From NCBI RefSeq assembly GCF_009914755.1, contig NC_060947.1: 64,000 nucleotides of DNA; one strand, written 5' to 3'. The position numbers and the translations under genes were made by a program. The notes below the pieces were generated by a model. It was not told the origin of the DNA, did no database searches, and saw only the letters and a program-made list of their open reading frames with translations. Positions 1 through 14,946 of this stretch are shown one piece after another; position 1 is the stretch's first letter, and every line of letters begins with the position of its first letter. This stretch comes from the human T2T-CHM13v2.0 reference genome, Homo sapiens.

Positions 1-183
1 GTACTGTTTGCTATAATTGCTCTAATGGCCCGTCTCCTCAATATGGACTAGAGTATTTACTCCCTGGGGAGACTGGTGTATTTGTTTTGGATGTCAGTGC
101 CTACCCACCCCACCTCCTGCGTAGGGCCTTTTCAGGTTTTTAAATTTTTCCATGATTTCTTGGCTGATCAAAACCCTTGATTA

Positions 184-482
<299 letters not shown>

Positions 483-620
483 AGTGAAACTCTTGATTGG
501 CATAATTTTGTTTCTCTATCAGCTTTATTTTTAAAAAAATTACATAAGTAAAACATGTCTCTTTAGCTATTATCTCTTAAATCAGATTACCTTCTGTAAT
601 AATTCTATGGGAATTATTCT

Positions 621-922
621 ACGGGAGCACAGTCATTCACGCTTGTAACCCCAGCACTTTGGGATGCCAAGGTGGGAGGACTGCTTGAGCCCAGGACTTT
701 GCAACCAGCCTGAGCAACATAGACCCCGTCTCTACAATAATAATAATAATAATAAAAATAAAAAAATTAACCGGGCATGATGGTGTGTGCCTGTAGTCCA
801 TGCTACTTGGGAGGCTGAAGTGGGAAGATCCCTTGAGCCAAGGAGGTAGAGGCTGCAAGTGAGCCATGATAGCACCACCGCATTCAAGCCTGGGCAAGAG
901 TGAGGCCCTGTCTCAATAAAAA
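621..922 (+). mobile_element. Alu (AluJ-like)
   Basis: Diverged Alu dimer with an (AAT)n linker. Confidence 0.85.
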
Positions 923-947
923 CCCGCAAAAAACTTTGGGAGCATCG

Positions 948-1151
948 TACGGTTGCCAGTGAATAAGGTTATAAGATAAAAAACAGGATGCTCAATTAAA
1001 TTCAGCTAAACAAGCGCTGTATATTTTTAGTGTAAGTATATCCAAAATATTAATGAGGTATACTTACACTAAAACAAATATTCATTGTTTACCTGAAATG
1101 CAAATTTAAATAGGCATCCTGTATTTTCATTTGCTAAACCTGGCAATCCTA
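948..1151. mobile_element. MER53-like palindromic hAT MITE
   Basis: Terminal inverted repeats GGTTGCCAG...CTGGCAATCCTA and internal near-palindromic arms (ACAGGATGC / GCATCCTGT). Confidence 0.8.
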
Positions 1152-1259
1152 CCAGCACTTTAACATGAAGCCATGAGGGTTGCCTGGATTCATGCTGGTA
1201 GGTAAGCACCAATCCATTCGGTTGCCTCAGACAGGACAGAAACCATTCCCTCTAAAAAA

Positions 1260-1800
1260 ATCGTTTACTTTGACGATAGGTAGCAACGAAGCACGGAAGA
1301 ATCTTGACCCTTTGAGGAACCCGTAACTGACGCAAGTGCCATAAATGCTACTTTGATTGATTCTCCGCCCCCTCCATTCTTCTCTTCCTGCAATTGCTCT
1401 ATCACTTCTTCCCTCTCAAGTCCCGCCCTTTCAGCTACCTCCAACTGCTGAGGAACCGGTTGCCTAAAAGGAGCCGGCAAAAGCGCCTACGTGGAGTCCA
1501 GAGGAGCGGAAGTAGTCAGATTTGACTGAGAGCCGTAAAGCGCGGCTGGCTCTCGTTTTCCGGATAACGACTACAGCTCCGACTGTCAGTGCCGGCCTTC
1601 CTCGTGTGAGGGGATCTGCCGGACCCCTGCAAATTCAATTTCTTTCCCATTCCGGGCCCTTCCCTATCGTCGCCCCCTTCACCTTGGATCATGTTCAAGA
1701 AGTAAGGACATGCTGTGGCCTCCATCGGCTGCTCACAAAGGCGGTGGGGTGGGGGTGGGGAAGAGGGCGAGAGCTAAGATCCTCTTTCTCTCTCCCCCGC
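1260..1800 (+). promoter_or_regulatory. MCTS1: MCTS1 CpG-rich TATA-less promoter and 5'UTR
   Basis: Local CpG enrichment before ATG 1691. Motifs: ETS/GABP CGGAAGT (1507-1513), TGACGCAA (1329-1336), ZNF143/THAP11-like ACTACAGCTCC (1570-1580). TSS is not determinable from sequence. Confidence 0.75.
1691..1701 (+). CDS. MCTS1: MCTS1 coding exon 1 (MFK-K)
   Basis: ATGTTCAAGAA|GTAAGG donor; joins exon 2 in frame to give MFKKFDEKENV. Confidence 0.95.
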
Positions 1801-2307
1801 CCCTGCCATCCTGACTCCCTAAGGTTTTCTATAGTACTATGCTCTCACTCCCAACTTGAACACTTCTTTAAGCTTTCCATCCGTAGTCCTTAATTGGGTT
1901 TCAGTCCCTCCACTCCCATTGTTTTTTCTCCTTACCCCTCTTTCTCTTTTGCCCCCTCCCCCAATTCTGTCTCCATTCCTAGGGTTCTACCAATCACATC
2001 CGTGCACTGTGATTTAGAGGCATATTCTCTGTAGCTGAGAGGGGAGCCCTGCGCTCACTGCCATATGTTTATTAGTTATGAACTGAATAAAGGAAGGCTT
2101 GACTTCCTGGGTCATGGGAGTGAAGGAGTCTGGGTGACAGGAAGCAAGCGGCCTGTCATGCCTATTGCCTAGCTGCCAGATTAACCTTGCCTTGAAAATA
2201 ACGATTGCCCCATAGGCTATTCAGTGTAAGGAAGACAAAAATTCCTTGGGAACCTACTAGTGGGTTTGCCTTCCAGATTTGGTAGACGCAAAAAGCAAAG
2301 GGGGAAC

Positions 2308-2321
2308 ATGGGCAAAGGAAG
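2308..2321 (+). CDS. MCTS1: MCTS1 alternative first coding exon (MGKG-R)
   Basis: AACATGG Kozak context, ATGGGCAAAGGAAG|GTGGGT, same phase as exon 1; gives MGKGRFDEK, matching the alternative N-terminus I recall for MCTS1. Confidence 0.8.
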
Positions 2322-2860
2322 GTGGGTTTTGTGCATGAAATTTTGAGCAAAAACGAATAGGGATCTTAGAAATCATTATTATCATCACTTAAAAAAAATC
2401 TCAGCAGATTACATAGCCTAGCAGGGGCCGATTTTCTATGTTATGCTTGGGTTGGTCTTTTGTATCTCAAGAATTGAGGGTTTTGTTTTCTGATCTCAGG
2501 TTTTATTATTGGTGGGAGCCTGTGTTTCTTCCTGGGTAGAATTGAATAAGATTTTCCAGGAAAGGCATTTGTGTAGCTAATTACAGATTATGGTGCAAAG
2601 TATGTCTCATATTCCTCCCCCTAACCCCAGCTAATTGCTGTATACTTGACAGTTTATTTCAATATTGTATTAAGACATTGGTTTTGTGCTGGACAGAGTA
2701 AAAGGGAGATGGTATTTTTTTTTAAAAGAACAATTTATTTCATAATTAAGTATCTAAATACTTGGTTGGGAATAAATGACTAATTAGAACAGTACCTTTA
2801 GGTATTCTGATACCTCTACTTAGAAATGCCTTTTCTTTTCTTGCAAAAATTACTTGGCAG

Positions 2861-3013
2861 ATTTGATGAAAAAGAAAATGTGTCCAACTGCATCCAGTTG
2901 AAAACTTCAGTTATTAAGGGTATTAAGAATCAATTGATAGAGCAATTTCCAGGTATTGAACCATGGCTTAATCAAATCATGCCTAAGAAAGATCCTGTCA
3001 AAATAGTCCGATG
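2861..3013 (+). CDS. MCTS1: MCTS1 coding exon 2
   Basis: CAG|ATTTGAT...CGATG|GTAAGT; [50 protein letters not shown]. Confidence 0.97.
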
Positions 3014-3532
3014 GTAAGTCTTTGTTTTTGTCTGTGTAAAGCTCGGTATAGCTGAATATTTAATGATTAGATTGCACTCATACTAAATGGAATTATTTTC
3101 AGATTAACTATTGATAGATTAATAATGGGGTAGACACAGAATAACTCTAAAACTCCAATATTTGTATTTTCAAAGATTTTCTATGTCCCTGAAAAAATGT
3201 GGCTTTGTGTATTGATTGTTCTAGTAAAGAGTTAAATGTTTTAGTTCAGAGTTGGATTTAATTTATTTCAGTTTGTTGTTTAGAGAATTGTTTTATTGAA
3301 TTACCTAACAATGGAATTAATAAAATGTGAAATAAAATTGGTTGTAGCAGGTAATATTTTTCTTTTTTTCTCTACTGGACTTGCATGATAGGAAAAACAA
3401 TGTAAACAATATTTTTTGGCCAGGATTTTTACTGACTTTTTAAGAAAGTTTATCACTGTATATGCGTGTTTTATATTGTGAATTTTTGAAAGAAAATATC
3501 TAACTTGGTACTTTGTGACATTTGTCTTACAG

Positions 3533-3630
3533 CCATGAACATATAGAAATCCTTACAGTAAATGGAGAATTACTCTTTTTTAGACAAAGAGAAGGGCCTT
3601 TTTATCCAACCCTAAGATTACTTCACAAAT
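3533..3630 (+). CDS. MCTS1: MCTS1 coding exon 3
   Basis: TACAG|CCATGAA...AAAT|GTAAGG; [32 protein letters not shown]. Confidence 0.97.
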
Positions 3631-3954
3631 GTAAGGTTTTTTTATTTTTATTTTTTGAAATTTTACTCCTATTGCAATATTCAAATGTAAAGTCTTGTAA
3701 GAAATATGCATTTAATCAGATAAGACACTGCTGGGGGAGAAAAACAGAAATATGCATTTGGGAATACTGAAAGACACAAAAAGAGTTTAGAGTGACTTCT
3801 GATAATTGACTCATTATTTATTAGTACTAGGTAATAATGGATGTAAAACTAAAATGAATGCCCATCTTGTGGTAAATCTGAAAAATGCAGATTCTCTCAT
3901 GCATTCCAGAAAGCCCAAGAAAGATCATTTATTAATTCATTCAACAAATATTTA

Positions 3955-4260
<306 letters not shown>

Positions 4261-4549
4261 GACAAATATTTATTGAACTTACTATGTGCTAGGCATTCAG
4301 CTAGGTGCTGAGAATACAATGGGAAGCAAAGACATTGTCTCTGTCCTTAAGAAACTAATAGTCTAGTTTGGAGAATAAACAACAATTAGATAATTACGCA
4401 AATATGTATTTACAAACTGTGATAAGCATTGTGAGCATTTTCATCTTTTATATTTGTATCTATTTGCCTAATAGAGAAAAGTCTATATATGGGAAAGCAT
4501 TGACTAAGTGTCCTTCCGTCCAGGTATTTCCTGTGATGTGTGTAAATGC

Positions 4550-5340
4550 ATTTTTTTTTAAAATTGGGCTCTCTGTTACATAGTTTTTAAAAATTGATAC
4601 GTCATAGCTGTACATTGTCTGCTGTTGTGGTGCCTGTATCCCCCACCACCTATATATATTTATAATAGTTGTACATATTTTAGGGGTACATGTGATATTT
4701 GATACCTTTATACAGCGTGTAATGATCAAATCAGGGTAATTAGGGTATCTGTCACCTCAAACGTTTATCTTTGTGTTGAGAAGATTACAATTCTTCTAGC
4801 TATTTTGAAATATAGAGTAAATCATTGTTAAATATAATTTCCTTATTGTACTCTCGAATACTAGAACTTATCGACCTGTATTTTTATACCCCTTAACCAA
4901 CTTCTCCTCATCCCCTTGTAGTTTTTTTTTAAATTAACAGGCTTTTATTTTTTAGAGCAGTTTTAGGTTTCCAGAAAAAGTAAGCAGAAAGAATAGAGTT
5001 CCCTCTCCCCAGTTCAGATTCCCCTATGAATAACATCTTGTTTTGGAATGATACATTTGTAACAATTGAACCAGCATTGATACATTATTATTAACGCAAG
5101 TCCTTAGTTTACATTAGGGTTTACTCTTTGTATTCTACAGTTTTATGGTTTTTCCCAAATACATGTCAAGTATCTACTGTTAAAGTATCATACAGAATGG
5201 TTTTACTGGCCTAACATCCTTTGTGCTCCACCTATTCATCCTTCCTCCCCCCACTTCCCCAACCCCAGGTAACCACTGATCTTTTTAATCGTTTTTTTAC
5301 TCTGCGTTTTTCACTTAACATTATATCACAAAAATTTCCC
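4550..5340 (-). mobile_element. Old L1 (L1M-type) 3' end fragments
   Basis: Antisense L1M 3'UTR-like text (GTACATATTTTAGGGGTACATGTGATATTT; AACCACTGATCTTTT). Confidence 0.65.
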
Positions 5341-5677
5341 AGGGCATATTAAGTAGTCTCCAAAAACCATAGTTTTGAAATTACGGTTTTTGGAGAATAC
5401 TTGGGATGCTGAGGCGGGAAGATTGCATGAGTCCAAGAGTTCAAGGTTATTGTGAGGTATTGATTGCTCCACTGTACTCCAGCCTGGGTGGCAGAGCAAG
5501 ACCCTGTCTCAAAAAAACAAACAAAAAAGATTACCAATTTGGTAAACAAATGATAGTGTTTCAGAGTTTTCTTTTGTATCTGTCAGATTAATTTGGGGAA
5601 ATACTGTTCAGATCCTTTGCCTTTTTCTGTTGAGTCATTAGTCTTATTATTAATATATTGTATATCTTTTCTTACAG

Positions 5678-5811
5678 ATCCTTTTATCCTGCCACACCAG
5701 CAGGTTGATAAAGGAGCCATCAAATTTGTACTCAGTGGAGCAAATATCATGTGTCCAGGCTTAACTTCTCCTGGAGCTAAGCTTTACCCTGCTGCAGTAG
5801 ATACCATTGTT
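5678..5811 (+). CDS. MCTS1: MCTS1 coding exon 4 (PUA domain)
   Basis: TACAG|ATCCT...GTT|GTATCCTT; [44 protein letters not shown]. Confidence 0.97.
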
Positions 5812-6644
5812 GTATCCTTCCCAGGCTAAAACTGCTGAAAAATGTATTCATTGTGCTCTTATCATTACTGCGAAAGGTGTACCATCCAAGAGAACATTAG
5901 ATGTACTTTTTTGAAGGTTACTGTTACTCTTATCTCATGCCTTTCTGGTTACATTTGAAGTTGTACAAAGTAATTTTATTTGTTGCTACTAAATTATCTC
6001 ATCTTAGGTCGTTTCTTAGAAGTTAAATGAGAACAAGTTACAGAAGAGTCTCAGCTGCATTTCAGCCCAGTCAGGGCCTACTGTTATCAGACTTAGGACA
6101 CAATAGGGAATTCTTGATTACTAGGGGAAAGGATATAGATGATATAATTGGATCAGCTTTTTGGATATCAACTTGCCACTGTAATGTTCATTTTGACTTA
6201 CTGACATACGTTGGAGTGAAAGCTCTCAAAAGGGAAAAGAATTTAGGCACCAGGTATAGGTATCTCTTACCAAGCAACAATTTTGTGTTAGGAGTGAATA
6301 GTGGGAAATATTGGCAACCTCCAACTTTTATTTTGAAAATTAATTATTTGAAAAGTTGAGTTTGGGGGCCTCAGAGCACGTTTTCTCAAAGAGAAATGTC
6401 AGAGTCCCAGATGGTCCTTAAAGATCGATTCAACTCATGACATAGCTGAATAATTCTGCATTATTTCCATTTCTACCATGCTGTTTCAGCTATTTTCTGG
6501 ATTAAATAGATTTTTGTGACTATTCTGGACAGGAGAACATCTTCTCCTTTATCATAGCTAAAGTAGCCATTTGCCTCGGGTATAGAAAAGGAATGGTACT
6601 TGGTGGGAATAGGGAAACTACTTTTAGAGTGTGTTTATCTTATT

Positions 6645-6935
6645 TTAGTTTTTGAGATGGAGTCTCGCTCTGTCGTCCAAGCTGGAGTGCAGTGGCACGA
6701 TCTTGTCTCACTGCAACATCTGCCTCCTGGGTTCAAGCAATTCTCCTGCCTCAGCCCCTCGAGTAGCTGAGGTTACAGGCACCCACTACCACGCCCGGCT
6801 CATTTTTGTATTTTTAGTAGAGACAGGGTTTCACCATGTTGGTCAGGCTAGTCTCAAACTCCTGACCTCAGGTGATCCACCCGCTTTGGCCTCCCAAAGT
6901 GCTGGGATTACAGGTGTGAGCCACCACACCTGGCC
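6645..6935 (-). mobile_element. Alu (AluS-like), intron 4
   Basis: Antisense full Alu. Confidence 0.9.
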
Positions 6936-7492
6936 AGGGGTGTGTTTAAGAAGAATAAGAAAAAAAAATGATATTCTCTGTTGGGGCAGTTATAGCGAAG
7001 AGGTAGTATAAGTAGTATGTTTATATTCTAGGAACAGCTTATGTTGACATGCTTTTTGCCTAATAGGTGCTCACATATTTGGAACACTGAGTGAATTGAA
7101 AATCAAGGGAGAAAAGTGAGGACGGGTTTTTTGTTGTTGTTGTTTGTTTTTAATATTTATTAAGTGTTGGTAAATTTATAGTTCTGGAGTTAACCTTAAA
7201 TGGAAAATTTCCTTAGTACCTAGTCTTTACTTTTAAAAATAATTTTTATTTTGAAACAGTTACAGATTTAGAGAAAGTTGTTAAAGAAAATGGTACAGAG
7301 AGGTCTTGTGTACCCTGAATCTTGACTTTTTAAAATATGTACTGCAGTGTTTAACATTCCAGAAACTTCATATGTTAACCAAGACCACTCTGGTTTTTCT
7401 AGAAAGGTTGAAACTGTTATATCAGGCTCTTAAAGATAGACTGGGAATTTACCTATTATTTTAAAACAGCCTTTACATAAAACCACCATTCA

Positions 7493-8097
<605 letters not shown>

Positions 8098-8463
8098 TCA
8101 GAATAATTAATCAGAACAATTAATATTTATTGATTTCACAGTTTTTAGTATTTATGTGCAAGAAATTTTACTCCTTTTTTGTGTGACTTATTCTGGTTTT
8201 GTTAGCATGGGGTTATAGTATTAACATTTGACTTGAAAGAAAAGGGGTTATTAGATTTATTCATTTAGCATTTACTGAGTATTTACAGTGTACCCACAGA
8301 CTCTGCTAGGTCTCTGCTCTCAAGGAGTTAATGGTCTAGGAGAAGACACAAGAGGGGTTCCAAGTGGCTTAACTAGTAACATGATCATTATTTGACACCC
8401 TTCCCTTGATGGGGAGGCCCCAAGGCATTTTGATAAATAGTTTTCTTAGCTGTGTTCTTTCAG

Positions 8464-8531
8464 GCTATCATGGCAGAAGGAAAACAGCATGCTCTATGTG
8501 TTGGAGTCATGAAGATGTCTGCAGAAGACAT
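8464..8531 (+). CDS. MCTS1: MCTS1 coding exon 5
   Basis: TTTCAG|GCTATC...GACAT|GTAAGT; [22 protein letters not shown]. Confidence 0.97.
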
Positions 8532-8791
8532 GTAAGTCTTACTTTAGGCCCCCTTAACTTTTGATATATGGGTAACCAACCCAGGAAGCATCAGAATTAC
8601 AGGTGAAATTTGCTATCATGCATACCACATTACACAAATATCCAAGCACAGAAGCTTCATTTCTGATATTTCCTAACACTTAGGAAGCCAATGAAACCTA
8701 TTTTGTCTTCAGGATTGTAGTCTTTCTTAAGCACTGAAAAGAACCCATGTGCCAACACAGCTGTTTTATATGTGTGTACGTGGTACTTTAG

Positions 8792-9230
<439 letters not shown>

Positions 9231-9635
9231 TGACCTGGTAATACAAGAAATGTAGAATATTTAGAGAACTAGTAAAGATATATTATCAAAACATAGGCAG
9301 TATATTTAAAAATTTTAGAACCCATTTGATGACCAAATTAGTGGTATTAATTTTGTTTCAGGGTTAATGTAGCACTTTGATATTCCCCTAGTCTTGTGAC
9401 ATTGTTACTCTGGTTCTATAGACCCACTAGTTAGATCACTAAAATCACTTTTAGATATGAGCTGCCACAGAGTAATGTAGTTTAATATAAACAACAATGT
9501 AATTGTGATGTCAATAAGTTCTTTACTTGTGGCTTAATAATTAAAAAATAACAATATACTTTGAATTATATTTATCACGAGTAAGACTATAAAAATGCAT
9601 AAAAGTATGTTTATGTGTTTTTTTTCCTTCTACAG

Positions 9636-9717
9636 TGAGAAAGTCAACAAAGGAATTGGCATTGAAAATATCCATTATTTAAATGATGGGCTGTGGCATA
9701 TGAAGACATATAAATGA
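9636..9717 (+). CDS. MCTS1: MCTS1 coding exon 6 to stop; product is MCTS1, the translation re-initiation/ribosome recycling partner of DENR
   Basis: CTACAG|TGAGAAA...AAATGA; [26 protein letters not shown]. Exons sum to 11+153+98+134+68+82=546 nt, i.e. 181 aa plus stop. Confidence 0.97.
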
Positions 9718-9817
9718 GCCTCAGAAGGAATGCACTTGGGCTAAATATGGATATTGTGCTGTATCTGTGTTTGTGTCTGTGTGTGACAGCATGAAGATAA
9801 TGCCTGTGGTTATGCTG

Positions 9818-9915
9818 AATAAATTCACCAGATGCTAAAATTCTGTTAGCTTCAGAAATTATTTTAAGTTTTCTTAAACTCAAGTTAAAATTGGGTAGCA
9901 AACTTGGACATTAAA
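9818..9915 (+). terminator. MCTS1: Candidate proximal polyadenylation signals of MCTS1
   Basis: AATAAA 9818-9823 and ATTAAA 9910-9915 downstream of the stop codon. Confidence 0.6.
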
Positions 9916-10113
9916 AGGTATCTGGTAAGTAAGCAAACTCATACAACTAATGTCCTTTCTTAGGCTAATGATATAAGAGTGAAGAGCAGGACTTGGTCAA
10001 TGGATTGCCATTTTATGGTAGACCTCTAGAGAAACTGTCTAGTTAAATGGGGCTAGAAACTAGACTAGGAATTTTATTCTATTACTCCAGGGGACCCAGC
10101 AGTGCTCATTCTC

Positions 10114-10146
<33 letters not shown>

Positions 10147-10165
10147 TGTGTGTGTGTGTGTGTGT
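10114..10165. repeat. (TG)n microsatellite
   Basis: About 25 GT units with one interruption. Confidence 0.95.
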
Positions 10166-10169
10166 TTTG

Positions 10170-11180
<1,011 letters not shown>

Positions 11181-14100
11181 TGAGTAAAGTCATACCAAAC
11201 AGATGCCCAGAACATCTGGATTTGGGTCCCCACTAGACTCCTTAAATAATGTATATCTTCTATAAGTGGAATATGAGGGACATGGACCTGCTTTAGTAAG
11301 AACAGTAATCTGTTTGGGGAGTTAAAAGAGCAGTTGTGGATTTATTTATTGATAAAGACCATTTTTCTTCCTAATAACCTTGCTGTTATTCTAGTGTCTT
11401 AGCCATCTTCATTTGGTTGTTTACCAATATATGACATGTGATTTTATTTTTCAGATGGATACAGACATATACAAGATTGTGGTGACCTGTGTTACAGTTA
11501 GAAGTTGGTGAGAAAGGTGAGGGTGGATAGCAAAAAGAGAGAGATCATTTGGCTGGCTGTTCCAGCTGGGTCTCCCAGGATGTAACATAGGTGGACATAG
11601 ATCCAGGGTCTGACCCTCAGCTTGAGAAACCATTTCCCACTGATGAAACTTGAGAGACTTGGAGATTCCCCAGTTAGAATATAAATGTATTAATTCATAG
11701 TGATAGGTCTGCCTATGGTAAACAATTAGGAAACAGGAAGTTACTTGGTAAACACAGGTATGAGCAAAGGAAGATTGATAAATTGGGGTAATATTTCAGT
11801 TGTGCTGAGGTAAGACTTGGAGAATTTTTCCTGCTTCATCATTAATTAGAATGCTTATCTCTGCCAAAATCTCATCTCTTTCCTAGCCCATAGAGGTGCC
11901 CTGATATTTTATTTCCTATATCCTTTTCAAGTTCCATGTAGTTTTCCTTATGTTATGACAGTTTTATTCTGCAGCTTACCATATTATTTATTCCTGGTCC
12001 ACGAAAGTATAAATAGTCTCATCAGGAACTCATTTGTAAGTCATCTCCCAGGGGGGTTTCTTCAACAGATAGTTTAATTTTTTGCTGACTTACTGGCTTC
12101 AAATTCAGATGTCTCCCTATTTGGGGGAGGAGGCACCCTATTTGAGGCCTGTAGCTCCTTATGTTCTTAAAAAGAATATACAAGTCATTTATGTCAGAAT
12201 CAAACTTTGAACCTTTATTTTTGTTGCTAAGAGAATGTTTTTTGACCAAGACTGCCTATGGAGTATTAGCAATGAAAAACAAAGCACACATATACATACA
12301 TTAGAGAAGTAAAAACTTTTAATAGCTTGGTTTTTGAAATAATTCATCTTTGTGTCTAACCACTGTTACAGTGGGTGTAAGGAACACTTTTTAAATATTC
12401 AACATCAACATCTGTGCTTGTTTTTCTACTGTGCTGAGGTACACTGTGTTGCCTTGGTGATATGGACTAAATATGTATGTTCTCTGCTTCCCCTGGGTCT
12501 GAGGCCTCTGCTCATCACTGTTAATCAGGGATGTCACTCTACATGTGTGATCCTTGTCATTTTCTAAACATTAGGTCATACATGAAAGGCAATTCAAAGA
12601 GATTAAACTAGCAGATGTGTCAGCATCTTTAGATACTGTGCTTAATGGAAACTTAGTTTACCTATATTCGTGAGAATAGGAATACAGGGATAGAGAGCCT
12701 GCTTCTCTCAGGCAGTGTGTCTTTAGTTCATTTTTAGTTTCAAAATTAAGTTTGTGTCAAACCAACCTACAATCTAGTAACTTGTGTATTGGACTCACTT
12801 TTACTCAGACAAGGTCAGTTCAGCTCAATAGGTATTTATTGAGTATCTACTAGGTTCTAAGTGACGTGGCATGAAGATGAATAATACAGAAGTAGCCCTT
12901 GCTCTTAAGGAGCTTCCAATCTAGTGAGTAAAGAAAATTTACATTTTAAATAATCTGGGTAATGGTGACAGCCCAATACTAATATGTAAAGCCAGTAGGA
13001 ATGTACTAATCCTTTTCCAATTTTAGTCATCAAAAATTGTAAATTACAAATGAACTAAATGTAGTAATATTCCATAGATTGTATCCAATGTGAGGGTAAA
13101 AAAAAAATCCCAGATGTCTTGGAGTTGCCGTGATTCAGCATCCCAACTCAGATGATTGTCCTGTTGTCCGGTGACATAATGGCCTGATCAGTTCTCTTCT
13201 AGCAGACTGTCTGTTATGGTGGTTTGGTAGTGGTCTGTTGGGAAGCTGCATTTTTCCTTTTCTGTTTTTATGCTCTGGACCCCAAACAAAAACAGCTGGA
13301 TTTATCCCATGGGTAGTCATGAACATTTCCAATTTGAGGGATTTTATATTCCCCAAACAGAAGGTTATATGGCATATATCAAATAATAATGATATCCAGC
13401 CAGGTTCCCTGTCGTACCCAAATCAGTAACTGAAGATACGTATTTCTAAGTATAATACTTCAGAGGAAGAGATAAGAATTACAATTCACTAAATTCGTGG
13501 AGGTGTTTCATTATAATAAATATGTCACTTATTAATAATGTAGCAATTATATATTAATGGAAATATGAATGTATGCCCAAGCAAAATGTCATAAATATTT
13601 TAACTTTGTTTGTCTAGGTTCCTTAATTTTGAGACTATAATTATCAAGGCTCTTCAAGAAACTCAAAATGATTCTAATTTCTAAGTAGTATGCATTAAAA
13701 CTGATATATAATGAAAGAAAAACAGTGAAAATGTATGCATCAGTTTCTAAAGAAATCATACTTGTCATTGTAGAGATGCATGTAAATTAAATGTATTATA
13801 CATTTTTATACTTGTATGTATTTTATACTTTGTATGAATACTTTTATTACACTTTTTAAGGCAGGTAAAAGAATGAGTAGATGTTATCAACTATAACAAC
13901 AATTTGTTGAATACTGTGTTAAAACCAAGTAAAGGACCACAACTCCACGAGATCAGGAATGAATGAAGAAAATTGAGGGCCAGTTTTTAAATCATTGTTG
14001 AGACTATTAGGTTCATCTGTCTGTTTAAGAGTCTGGCCTTAGGGAATATAATTTATGCATGTAAAAAAATACAGGAGATGATTCACTGGAATGTCTCTTA

Positions 14101-14573
14101 ATAATACCATGTTCATTAAGAATAGGTCATTGGGAGGAAAAATAAATAAAAACATCTGAACTCATTAGTATAATTAATACTTGCCTCTTAGAATGAAAAT
14201 TAAAGAACTCCAAATTTTAGCCTTGAATACTTTGAGAAATAAAAGATGAATTAGTGAAATAATTTCTACTTAAAATCTTAGTTGTTACAGAGAATGACAT
14301 GCCTCACTATTAATGTCCAATTCTAATTAATGGATTGTTTTAGAAATGTATTTGTGAAATATAGCAAACATAGCTAGTAATACTAACAGGTGAAAACTGA
14401 TATTTCAAATGACTAAATAGACTTAAGATTAGAGGAAGGTAGGAAAAGGTGTGCAACTAACAGAAGCAGTTAACCAAAAAATGAGCTTCAGGCATCAGTC
14501 TTATTTGGAAGACTGTAAATCAACAGGCTAACGTTCAAAATATGGCAGACATCTTAATATCAATATATGCTAA

Positions 14574-14946
<373 letters not shown>

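Noticed and set aside
1522-1893. 123-aa ORF across the MCTS1 leader
   Set aside because: Non-ATG start, runs through the exon-1 donor, no recognisable domain.
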